A DNA stretch of 64,000 bases, taken from NCBI GenBank assembly GCA_964270895.1, contig OZ185440.1; one strand, given 5' to 3'. The first letter of the stretch is position 1. Every line of letters starts with the position of its first letter. Origin of the DNA: Podarcis filfolensis. Taxonomy: Eukaryota. This document shows, piece after piece, positions 1 through 10,840 of this stretch. The notes under the pieces were generated by a model that saw only the letters and a list, made by a program, of their open reading frames with translations, ran no database searches and was not told the origin of the DNA. The position numbers and the translations under genes are program-made.

Positions 1-86
1 GCCGGTTCCTCCAGAGTGCTTGGCCTTCTCCAGACAATGTGACATCACTCCATGCATGTGATGTCACACACAATCAATGCGCACCA

Positions 87-342
87 GAGCCAGTGTGGTG
101 TAGTGGTTAAGAGCGGTGGACTCGTAATCTGGTGAACCGGGTTCGTGTCTCTGCTCCTCCACATGCAGCTGCTGGGTGACCTTGGCCTAGTCACACTTCT
201 CTGAAGTCTCTCAGCCCCACTCACCTCACAGAGTGTTTGTTGTGGGGGAGGAAGGGAAAGGAGAATGTTAGCCACTTTGAGACTCCTTCGGGTAGTGATA
301 AAGCAGGATATCAAATCCAAACTCTTCTTCTTCTCTTCTTCT
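87..342 (+). mobile_element. tRNA-derived SINE (Squam3-like)
   Basis: Head GAGCCAGTGTGGTGTAGTGGTTAAGAGCGG with A/B-box-like motifs and a (CTT)n tail; near-identical reverse copies at 17951 and 23323. Confidence 0.85.
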
Positions 343-1294
343 CAATCTTGGGGGCAACTTGGCTCCCCTGGTGTGCATTATGTTTTATAGAGGTCCTGTC
401 CCCAAGGAGCTTACAATCTAAAATTTGACACCGGGGAAATAACAAAGGAAGAGAAGCGATCTGAAGGTAGGGGTAAACAGAGAAATAAATAAGACACAAT
501 TGTTTCAGGTACATATATTTAAGTTTGCTTATAGGCTTAGAATGTCTACAACACATTTAAGAAAACTGCAATGGCCTTAACACAGTTCCTGAACTTTTCA
601 ACGAGGCTCATGCTAGAGGACTTTCTGGTGGAATGGACTTGAAATGAAAAGTAGGGAATGGGAGAGGGTGCATGAAAGAGGAATATTTCTATTTAGGTAG
701 ATGAAAGGTCCAATTTAATTCTGTCCTTCTGAAAGGCAGAGTTACAACCAGATTATTCTCAAGGGGGGGGATATGGCGGGGGGAGAGACCTGCGTTCTGA
801 TTTCCTCTTCTGAATTTACTGTTGGAATTGCATGCACCTGATTGCCAATAGCGTACCAGTTTCATTAAACTCACACAATCAGGAGAAGGCATTGATGATG
901 GTAGTAAATACCTGCTAGAACTTGATGTTCTAATAATTTGCTATGAGAAAAATTACTGAATCTCTGTGTAGCAAAACACAAGCTGGATAGAGTCAAATTT
1001 CACATTCTTCCCCTTCACAGTTCTTCTAATTTTTCTTCCTTTCTCCTTCTTAACATTCCCCAGTTAACCCTTTGAAAACTTAACAAAGGCTGTCCTTGTG
1101 CATAGGCACAAATGCTAATGCTGTTTGACCCATTAGCTCTAGGCAGTATTTTTCTTTAGTATACACTAATTTTTCCCCGAATAGTAGAATGTTAATTCCA
1201 TTTTACAGAAAGAATACTGAGTCTAACAGAGAGAGGTTTGTCCAAGGTGACCTACAAACTAGTTTTGGGGCTAAGAAATAACCCCAACTAACCC

Positions 1295-1643
1295 ATGATG
1301 ATGACGATGATGATGATTTTATTTATACCCTGCCCATCTGGCTGGGTTTTCCCAGCTCTCTGGGCAGCTTCCAGCAGAATATAAAAAGATAATTAAACAT
1401 TGAATGTTAAAAACTTGCTGATACAGGGCTGCCTTCAGATGTCTTCTTAAAACTGTGTAGTTCTTTATCTCCTTGACATCTGATGGGAGGACGTTCCGCA
1501 GGGAGGGCTCCGCTGCCGAGAAGGCCCTCTGCCTGGTTCCCTGTAACCTCACCTCTTGCAGTGAGGGAACCGCCAGAAGGCCCTTGGAGCTGGACCTCAG
1601 TGTCTGGGCTGAATGATGGGGATGGAGACACTCCTTCAGGGTA
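1295..1643 (-). mobile_element. L2 LINE 3' fragment
   Basis: Minus-strand ORF 1319-1552 reads RAFSAAEPSLRNVLP...LRRHLKAALY (L2 ORF2 C-terminus); (GAT)n tail; homologous to copies at 7244, 18861 and 31767. Confidence 0.85.
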
Positions 1644-1663
1644 ACTCAGTGAATGCTTTAGGC

Positions 1664-2078
1664 CATACATGTTCAACCGGTCAACTGCGATTGACAGGTA
1701 GATCCCCGGGTGATTGTGGTCGATCGCGGGACACTTATTGCTCGTGGGATTAAAAAAAATGTGGGAATGCATGTCTCTGCCCCCTCGCCCTCGCTCTGTT
1801 CCTCTATCGCCTCTAGTGGGCGGTCGTTTGGCATTTGATGATTGTGATTTGGGATACGATGATTGGCGCTTCGTGCGTTTGTTGGCTGTGGATTTTGTTG
1901 TGAGCGATTTATGGTATTTCTTCCCCCAAAAAGCTCAACAACTCTGGGCAATCCTCCCCTTCCACACACACACACACACACACACGTTCCTCCTCCCTCC
2001 AATGACAATGGGTAGATCATTGCCAGGTTTTTTTACACTGGGAGTAGATCGCAGTCTCTTGGGAGCTGGACGTGCCTG
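1664..2078. mobile_element. hAT MITE
   Basis: Degenerate TIRs CATACATGTTCAAC / GCTGGACGTGCCTG; 8-bp TSD CTTTAGGC/CTTTAGAT; ends match the element at 20847-21438. Confidence 0.75.
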
Positions 2079-3373
2079 CTTTAGATGAATGATCAGCAAC
2101 TAGCTTTTCTTTAATACGAAATAGTGGGAATGCATCTATTTTGGAGCTCATTAGGTTTTGATAACCAAAGTGGGTGAGAGCAGAGGATAATATTTCCCAC
2201 TCACATTATGTGTACACTTAACATGTGTGTCTTAAGGATGGTGATTCAGATGTTAAATACCAAAATGGTGGAGGAGGAAATGACTTTTGTTCTCCTGAGC
2301 TGGGAACTATTGTGCAGCCTGACAAATACTGTGTAGTTAAACTGCTTATCTGCATTATGGTTTCTTAAGCAAAGACCTTTAAAATGCAGCTCCACTTTCT
2401 CCCCCCCCCAATTGCTACTTTGCATTGTGCAGCTCTCAGTTACATCTCAATTAGTCATGTCAGTGCAGTTTTGCAACCTTGACATGGAAAACAGTGTTTT
2501 AAATAACGTGATGAGGAATTTGGGATGGGATATTCTGTTACAGAAATAGTTTTTAGTTTTTTAGAGGGGAGAGGGACTCCATCGAAACACTATGATGAAA
2601 TGTTTTATGTGCATACTATCTGCAGTTGGAAGACGTGAAATTAAGGCGAGCTGTAAAATATAAAGACTCCAGATCTGCATATGATTAGCTGTAGTAAATT
2701 GAAGTAAATTTGCTTTATATTACTCAACGAGTGTTTTTCAGCAGTAAACCAAGATTTGTTTTTGCTTCTATTGCTGCCATATTTGTAAAAATGACTCAAA
2801 GGCCATGCTGAGTTCAGAGTGAGGCCTTCTTGGCTACCACTTTCATGTTCAGTTTTGGAGAAAGAAAGGAGAAAGGCATGTAGGGGGAAATGACTCTGGT
2901 ATAATTCTTCAATCACTCACACAGCAACAGAGCACAATGTGCGTAAGAAAGCCCCACTCCATCCTCCTCACATAGCCCTCACAGGGAGCAACGTGTGAAT
3001 AGGGTTACTCCCGTTGTTGTTTTTCATTTCCTACCTTCAGGTCACACCAACTCAACTGCCAAGGAAACCCAGTGCAAAAGCAGAGAGTTCATTTCTGGAG
3101 CATGTTAAGGGAAGCATGCTCAGGAAACGCAGGAAACTGGACAGAATTGCTGGGCTTCACTGTTGAACCTTGAGGAATGAGTGTGCAAACTTTCCTATGG
3201 CTGCCACATTGTAGAGGAAGATGGGTTGTCATGGGCAAGATGTCTTGTCAGAAAGCTTGCAGTTGCCAGTCTTCTGAAATTCAAAATCAAAGAATTTCAG
3301 TCCTAGGAACCCTAACTGCAAGTCAAATGTACAGTAACATAATCTGGGAATAAATGTAATGTATAAATCATTA

Positions 3374-4025
3374 CAGTGGTACCTCAGGTTAAGAACTTAA
3401 TTTGTTCCGGAGGTCTGTTCTTAACCTGAAACTGTTCTTAACCTGAAGCACCACTTTAGTTAATGGGGCCTCCTGCTGCCACTGCGCCGCCGCTGCACGA
3501 TTTCTGTTCTCATCCTGAAGCAAAGTTCTTAACCCGAAGCAGTGACGTAGCGTGGGGGTGCAGGGGGGCCGGCAGCACCGGGCGCAACATCTGGGGGGCG
3601 CGCTCGCACTCGCAGCTCTCTGCCCCTACCTGGCTCACTCTCTCTCACTGCAGTGCTGGCTGTGCGAATCCGATCTGAGCCACCGGGTCGCTGCCCACTG
3701 TGGAGGGGGTGGGTGCCAGGCGTGCGGTGCGGAGAGAGAGTGAGGGACTATCTGGGGGAGGGACAGTGCAGCGGCCGCCCAGCGCAGCTCTGAGCGCGGG
3801 AGAGAACCACACCAGACCAGACCAGGCAGCAGCAAGAAGAAGCTGGCATCGGCGGCAGGTTAGGGGTTAGGGGGCGCAAATTACTTGCCTTGCCCCAGGT
3901 GCTGACAACCCACGCTACGCCACTGACCCGAGGTAATATTTCTGGGTTTGCGGAGTCTGTAACCTGAAGCATATGTAACCTGAAGCGTCTGTAACCTGAA
4001 GTGTATGTAACCTGAGGTACCACTG
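3374..4025. mobile_element. Tc1/mariner (Tigger-like) MITE interrupted by a hAT MITE
   Basis: TIRs CAGTGGTACCTCAGGTTA / TAACCTGAGGTACCACTG; TA TSD; internal GTAACCTGAAG repeats. Confidence 0.9.
3540..3925. mobile_element. GC-rich hAT MITE nested in the Tigger-like MITE
   Basis: TIRs CAGTGACGTAGCGTGGG / CCCACGCTACGCCACTG; 8-bp TSD ACCCGAAG/ACCCGAGG. Confidence 0.85.
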
Positions 4026-4046
4026 TACTTCTGTCCACTGTGAAAT

Positions 4047-4049
4047 ACA

Positions 4050-4097
<48 letters not shown>
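4047..4097. repeat. Compound (CA)n(GA)n microsatellite
   Basis: Directly visible. Confidence 0.95.
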
Positions 4098-4100
<3 letters not shown>

Positions 4101-4511
4101 TTACACTTCTCAAGGAAGTTGCTAAATGGAAAAGAGGAAAGGGCTCTTGTACCTTTAATAGGGCATTTCAGGTATAGCTTCCATCATAACTATTAAAGGT
4201 TCATGAGCCCTCTCCTGATTTTCAAAGGTTCCTGATCATTAAGTGGTTTTTAAAGTTTGATCCATAACTCCATGAGTGGTTGAGCACCACCACCACCCTG
4301 ATCTCCTCCAGAGGATTTTCTGGATCTGCAGGTAAGTTATTTTTTGGAGCTGTAGGGTGGAGGCAAAAATGTAACTCTTCCCTTCCATTCTGGACCCAAG
4401 CTGCTTCTGAGAACAGAAGCTGCCCTTCTCTGAACAGAAGGACATTTTCCATTTGTAGAAGACCTCACTGGGCTCAGGCCAAGGAATCTCTTTCTACTTC
4501 TAAGTTCGGTA

Positions 4512-4882
4512 GTAAAGGTAAAGGTAAAGGTACCCCTGCCCGTACGGGCCAGTCTTGACAGACTCTAGGGTTGTGCGCTCATCTCACTCTAGAGGCCGGG
4601 AGCCAGCGCTGTCCGCAGACACTTCCGGGTCACGTGGCCAGCGTGACAAAGCTGCTCTGGCGAACCGGCACCAGAGCAGCACACGGAACGCCGTTTACCT
4701 TCCCGCTATAAAGTGGTACCTATTTATCTACTTGCACTTAAGGGTGCTTTCGAACTGCTAGGTGGGCAGGAGCTGGGACCGAACGACGGGGAGCTCACCC
4801 CGCCGCGGTGATTCGAACCGCCGACCATGCGATTGGCAAGTCCTAGGCGCTGAGCTTTTACCCACAGCGCCACCCACGTCCC
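4512..4882 (-). mobile_element. Sauria/Squam1 SINE, full length
   Basis: (AAAGGT)n tail, GGGACGTGGGTGGCGCTG head on the minus strand; 12-bp TSD CTAAGTTCGGTA (4500-4511, 4883-4894). Confidence 0.95.
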
Positions 4883-5949
4883 CTAAGTTCGGTATTTTGA
4901 ATCAAATTACCAAGTGCCCACAAAACAATTAATAAGGGCCCAATGGATAGTAATCAAGTTATTTCTCTCTCTGGGAGATAACAAATCACATTAGACAGTT
5001 GTCTCACAAAACATCAGTGGGAGCAAAGAGTTTCCTTGCACACTTTATCAACATCACCCAGTTCCACCGAAAGTCTTGCCACATTTTGAAGTCTATAGCT
5101 ATGGAAAATAAATCCATTTTCTAATATCAGCTTTTCTTTTAACCTATTTGTGAATGATTTATTGTGGTAGAAAGTCAGATGATGATAAGATAGCGCTGTT
5201 TAGAGGTCATTGAAGAGTTCTTGGGAAGTTTTTTTCCACCAAGGTGCTGGTCTCGCAATGTCAGTCCGATAAGAAAACTAACAGTTTATGTCAAAGTTGG
5301 CAAAATGAGTTTGTCTGATAAACAGTCTGCTTAGTGGGCATCAATCATACTTCTTTTTCATGCTATGTTGTATTTATCATAAGGTGAACTTCCGTGACTT
5401 GATAGTCTTGCAGGGTTGAGATTGCTGCATGTTAAACAGCATGGCTGTGCATGGAGGAGGGACAATGTCCTGCATATATTGAGCTCTGCCAAAGGTGTGG
5501 CCATTGGCTTCTACAGTGCTCACCTGGTGCCAGGTGAGACCGCTATCTTGTTGTCTACAAAGCCGATGGTATTATAGTTTGAACAATACATAACAAAGGG
5601 AGAAAGTGAAAGGCGATGGAAAGAGAGGAGTGGGGGAAGAAGAGAAAAGGGGAAAAAAGAATAGAGGTGTTATAAATGGAAGGAAAGAGATGGTACGAGA
5701 GAGAAAGTGGGGAATAGATAAAAGAACTATAAGCACAATATGACAGGATTTTCTAAAATAAAATGCTCCGAGGGCGCAGAGCGTCCAACAATTTCGCAAA
5801 TATGTTTTTCCTGTGGAAATGGGGGAAACTGCTAAGTGTGCATTTCAGACCCTCCAAATCTTGCTGTTTCCCTCCTCCCTCCCCCACCAGCATTTTCAGC
5901 TTATTCCTGTATAAATCGCTTTGCAAAATTGCCTTGAGCTGAAACAATA

Positions 5950-6620
5950 TATCTGAGCTTGGGTTAAAAGCTTATAAGTGCTTCTCTGCTTGAACAAAGT
6001 GAAATCAGGTTACGTTAATAGAAGTATTAATTAATTTGCCCTCATTTATGCAGCAGAATTAGCATTACCAAAAGTCTTTACTGCCTTTAAGTACGCTAAA
6101 TTGTGTGCAGCTTTGGCGACAAGAGTTTCAACCACAGCACCTAGCGATGTGTCAAATGCCGTTGAAAAATATTGTCCAATTTGGAAACCTGAGACGTAAC
6201 TTGGAAATGCTGTGGGGTGTGTTATAATGAAAATACCAATCCACATTAGCCATTGTTGCCATAAGCAAAAATCTTAATATCTTGGCCAAATCTACGTAAG
6301 GTTCATGTAATAAAGTCACATTCCTAATTTTATTAGGGATGTGCCAAGTTAAGCGCTTTGCTGGCCTTTGGAAAGATTTATTGGTTAACTTCTGCTGAAT
6401 TAGTGGTGACTGACAAGGGGACATTGTTTTATAGGACGCAATTTAAATAAAAAACCTGCAGGGTATTTCTCTGTAACGTTGTCACTTCAAGTCCAAACTT
6501 GGAAGAAAGCAATGCGTATTAAGGAGGAATCTTCATTAGTTTTTATGAATGCAATCTAGTGCTGTCAAAATCTTCCTTATAAGGTAACGTACAACGACAA
6601 CTATAATCTTGTTCCAGCTT
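5950..6620. promoter_or_regulatory. Putative conserved non-coding element
   Basis: TE-free unique block with many TAAT/ATTA motifs and retained CpGs; conservation is inferred, not measured. Confidence 0.4.
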
Positions 6621-6900
6621 TGGTATTAAAAAACCCTCAATATTTCAGGTTCATTGAAAAATCAGGGAGGGAAGAAAGAGAGGGAGACAGAAAGGATAAT
6701 TTTGTAGGCCTGTCTCTACTGACAAGCTTTCTTTTCCAGCTTATTTTTGCAGTAGGAAATGAAGTAGCCAGTCATGAAATGGGTGCTCATCTTGACTGAT
6801 TTTTATCAATATGCTACCTCTGTAAAACGAGGCTCCATTTAGGAAGCATGGCTGTTGACAGACCTATTCTCTTTGAATTTTCCAAGCATTTGTTTTAAGG

Positions 6901-7025
6901 CAGAGATGGGTAACTTATGGCCCTATAGATGTTTTTGGACTACAGTTCTCACCATCCCTGGCCATTAGCCATTCAGGCTGAGCAGGAGTCCAGCAATATA
7001 TGGAAGGCCATTGGTTTCCTGTTGG
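6901..7025. mobile_element. Old palindromic hAT MITE
   Basis: GGCCC..AGATGTTTTTGGACTACAGTT..CCATCCCTGG core shared with the 41615-41750 element. Confidence 0.6.
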
Positions 7026-7243
7026 TTTTCCTCTCCTATTTCAAACCTCTGGAAGACAGCAGCCCTCACCACACCTTCTGTTAATGAATGTCACAAAGTG
7101 ATTATGTGTTGCATAAGTACACCTCTTTAATATATCCTTTTTTGTAGAACAAATGAATGTTATTATACCCATGTAGACTAATGTGTATGTTTTCATTGCC
7201 GGGGAAATTTAAGAATTTGTTTTATATCGAAAAGCGGGCTTGC

Positions 7244-7690
7244 ATAATAATCATAATCATATTGTTTATACCCCACCCGTCTGGCTGGGTTTCCCCAGCC
7301 ACTCTGGGAGACTTACAGCATATCTAAAAACATAATAAAAACATCAAGCATTAAAAACTTCCTGAAAGAGGGCTGCCTTCAGATGTCTTCTAAAAGTTGT
7401 GTTATTCTTTATATCCTTGACATTTGAAGGGAGGGTGCCACTACCAAGAAGGCCCTCTGCCTTGGTTCCCAGTAACTTCACTTCTCGCAGTGAGGGAACC
7501 AGCAGAAGACCCTTGGAGGAGGACCTCAGTGTCCGGGCTGAGCAACAGAGGTGGAGACTCTCCTTCAGGTTTACTGGGCCGAGGCCATTTAGAGCTTTAA
7601 AGGTCAGCACCGACACTTTGAATTGTGCTCAGAAACGTACTGGGAACCAGTGAAGATCCTTTAGGACCAGTGTTATGTGGTTCCAGTGGG
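7244..7690 (-). mobile_element. L2 LINE 3' fragment
   Basis: Minus-strand ORFs read LKDLHWFPVRF and FKALNGLGP...TFRRHLKAALF, typical of L2 ORF2. Confidence 0.9.
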
Positions 7691-8033
7691 GCCTACTCTG
7701 CTTCCAAAGATATTCAGGGTTATATTTCACATTGCCTGATGATCCCTGGATCAACCAAGTGGTAGTTGCTCTCAGGGGATTCACTTGTGAGTTGAGGCCC
7801 CGCTCCCCGCTTTGTGATGAAATAAGACACATGGACACAAGTAATTTAGGTTAATGGGCTAAAAAAAGGCCACAACTTTATTGGCTACAGAATGTGAGTG
7901 GTATTGGCTTAGGCATTGGATCCAAACGGACTATACTTGACTCCTGCCCGCTCTGTAGGGAGTCACACACAAGGGTTATTAACCTGTAGGGGGAGTTTGT
8001 TGATGCAAATCAACTGGAAGCTTTCCCCTAGAG

Positions 8034-8594
8034 CAGTGGTGGCGAACCTATGGCATGCGTGCCATACTTGGCACACAGAGCCCTCACTGCTGCCACGTGC
8101 GCCATCGGCCCATCCGCGCTCTTCATGTTGTTTTCCCCCATTTGTTCTCCTGCTCCCCCTCACGCTACAGCTTGCGTCCGCTGTTAGAACCCAGAACCGT
8201 TTTTGCCAGTAGCTGGAGATTGTGTTAGGTGATTGGTCTGTTTTTCAATTTGCTGTGTCAGTGGCTGTTTCTGATTGGGTGTAACAGCGTTCATTTTTAA
8301 CCCTTTCTGTGCTGGGTTTTTTTTTTGGCACTTTGTCAGACCATGATGTTGGTGTTATGTGTTAGTTCCAGTAAAGGTATTATTCATCATTTATTTCTCC
8401 CCCCCCCCCAAAAAAAAATCCGAACAGCTTTGGGGCACCCCCCCAAAAAAAGCAAAGCAACTTTTGCAACCCCCCCAAAACTTTGGTCAGCAGCTCCCCC
8501 CAAAAAGTTCAACAACTCTGGGTACTTTGCGATAAATAAGTGGGTTTTGGTTTGCAGTTTGGGCACTTGGTCTCTGAAAGGTTCGCCACCACTG
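8034..8594. mobile_element. hAT non-autonomous element (hAT1-like termini)
   Basis: TIRs CAGTGGTGGCGAACCT / AGGTTCGCCACCACTG; perfect 8-bp TSD CCCTAGAG. Confidence 0.9.
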
Positions 8595-8689
8595 CCCTAG
8601 AGTCATCGGAGGGTCATGCCATGGCCCTAGCCACCACCTGGGCATCAGACAGGAACCACGACTGCCGGATTCCTTTAATGGAATACCCT

Positions 8690-8905
8690 TCCAGGGGAAA
8701 GGTAGGTGATGGCCACAACTTCTCCTCCAACACACAACACATTTTCCAGTGCCTAACCACCAAACCTTACAAAGTTGTGACGATTTGCTACAAGGTAGGC
8801 GAAAAACCAAGTGGCTGGTGCCAATCTGCCACGTGGAAAAAATTCCTACCAGGCCCCTTGAACAGGCGACCAACCGAGGTCCATAGCAAGGTCAAGTGCT
8901 GAATG
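8690..8905 (-). mobile_element. Probable CR1 LINE 3' UTR fragment
   Basis: Minus strand GGAATTTTTTCCACGTGGCAGATTGGCA...GGTTTTTCGCCTACCT resembles reptile CR1 3' UTRs as recalled. Confidence 0.45.
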
Positions 8906-8917
8906 CAAGACATAGAG

Positions 8918-9223
8918 CAAGGGTCAACAAACCTTTTCAGCAGGGAGCCGGTCCACTGTCCATCAGACCTTGTGAGGGGCCGGACTATATTGGGGGGGGT
9001 AAATGAATTCCTATGCCCCACAAATAACCCAGAGATGCATTTTAAACAAAAGCTCACATTTTACTCATGTAAAAACACCAGGCAGGCCCCACAAATAACC
9101 CAGAGATCCATTTTAAATAAAAGGACACATTCTACTCATGTCAAAACATGCTGGTTCCCAGACTGTCTGCGGGCCGGATTTAGAAGCCGATCCGGCCCCC
9201 AGTCCTTAGTTTGACAACCCATG
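8918..9223. mobile_element. hAT MITE (OC1-like)
   Basis: Ends CAAGGGTCAACAAAC / GTTTGACAACCCATG; perfect 8-bp TSD ACATAGAG; second copy at 35241. Confidence 0.85.
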
Positions 9224-10384
9224 ACATAGAGGGAGGGAGGGCAGGAGATCCAAGGAAGCAGGAACAAGACAGGAGGAGCTCGTGAGCCCGCGGCCTTTTA
9301 AATGTGGCCACACCAAATTGGCTGGCTGGGGGGCATGACGTGGGCCCAGGACTCTGTGACACAAGGGACCTGGCCATGCCCCCCCCTGTGAGCACGGGAA
9401 GCGATTCCCACCCACAACCCCTCCCCTCGGTGAAGAGGAGAGGCTTTCCCACCTCATAAACGCACGCCTTAGTTGGGACTGTGGATGTAGGCAGTCGTTC
9501 AACGGAGATCTAGAAAAATGGTAACGAACCAGATAGCAGTCGCCATTCTTTTCATTGAGGCTTAATTCCACAACGGACTGAATAATCGTTACGTCAAAAG
9601 CCATAGTTTATAGCACAATTTTTACCCTGCGCGGCATGTTGCTTCACTATGCAATGCTACCCTTGACACCAAACGGTGAAGCAGGGAGGAAGGCCCTTTA
9701 CAAGCAAAAAGTCGCCTCTCGGTATCTGTGTACATGATGAAAAATTAGTCATTGGAAAGCAGCAAGTCCAATGCAGATTACAGCTAGCATTTGGTAAAGT
9801 GGTCATTGAAGTGCTGTGTTGTGCGCTTAAGATCACTGTTCAGATTTATTTGCTCATTTCATCACAGGGAAGTGTGCAGTTAGCAGGACAGATGGAGGAA
9901 TGCTTGAGGAATTTGATATTTTCGAATTCAGATATGAACTGACCTGATCTGCACCTCTCCGGCTAATGTACAGATCGGATCTTGGTTATACACAGGCTTT
10001 AACGCCTCCTGAATGCTCCACACAGTTCTCTGCTTAAAAACCATTTTAAAAATATTTTTAAATGCATATTTTGAGAGAAAATATGTGTAATTTCTGATAA
10101 AATATGTTTATAAATGCCTATCTTTGAGTCTCTGACTCAGATAAGCAAAGGAAAAAATTAGTTAAGGGTTATTGTTAATGTATTGATTGGACTGTATGTT
10201 GAGGGAATATTTGTTTTTATTCTTTGCATATTACTGTTTCTTAGCCACCTTGAGTCTCTGTGGACAAACTGGGGAACAGAAGTTTTTAAAATAAAGTAAG
10301 ATATTTGAAGCAAAGGTATCTTTGAAGTACACATTTAAATGTTATTTAGTCCAAAAATATCTGGAAACACAGCCTGTATCTTTA

Positions 10385-10517
10385 GCTAATGGATGAGGAG
10401 CCTCCAGGTGTTGCTGGACTCCATCTCCCATCAGCCCCAGTCAGCACACCCAATAGTCAGAAATGATGGGCGTTTTAGTGCATCAACATTTGGAGGGCCA
10501 CAAGTTTCTCATCTCTT
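10385..10517. mobile_element. Old palindromic hAT MITE
   Basis: CCTCCAGGTGTTGCTGGACT..CCCATCAGCCCCAG..GATGGG..CAACATTTGGAGGGCCAC. Confidence 0.6.
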
Positions 10518-10598
10518 CCTTAATAGGAGCTACGTACAACATAACATGTAGCTAAGATGACTCTCAAGGATTCTATAATGTGTGGCACTATCCAAATA

Positions 10599-10840
10599 CA
10601 GTGGTACCTCGGGTTAAGAACTTAATTCGTTCTGGAGGTCCGTTCTTAACCTGAAACTGTTCTTAACCTGAAGCACCACTTTAGCTAACGGGGCCTCCCG
10701 CTGCCACCGTACCACCACGGCACAATTTCTGTTCTCATCCTGAAGCAAAGTTCTTAACCAGAGGTACTATTTCTGGATTAGCAGAGTCTGTAACCGGAAG
10801 CGTCTGTAACCTGAAGTGTATGTAACCCAAAGAACCGCTG
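10599..10840. mobile_element. Tigger-like MITE
   Basis: CAGTGGTACCTCGGGTTA left TIR, degenerate right TIR, TA TSD. Confidence 0.9.

Noticed and set aside
3858-3875. Telomere-like GGTTAGGGGTTAGGGG
   Set aside because: Only two imperfect units, inside a GC-rich hAT MITE.
6046-6424. Overlapping ORFs of 66 and 90 aa as a possible gene
   Set aside because: Different frames, no convincing splice sites and no recognised homologue; treated as a probable non-coding element.
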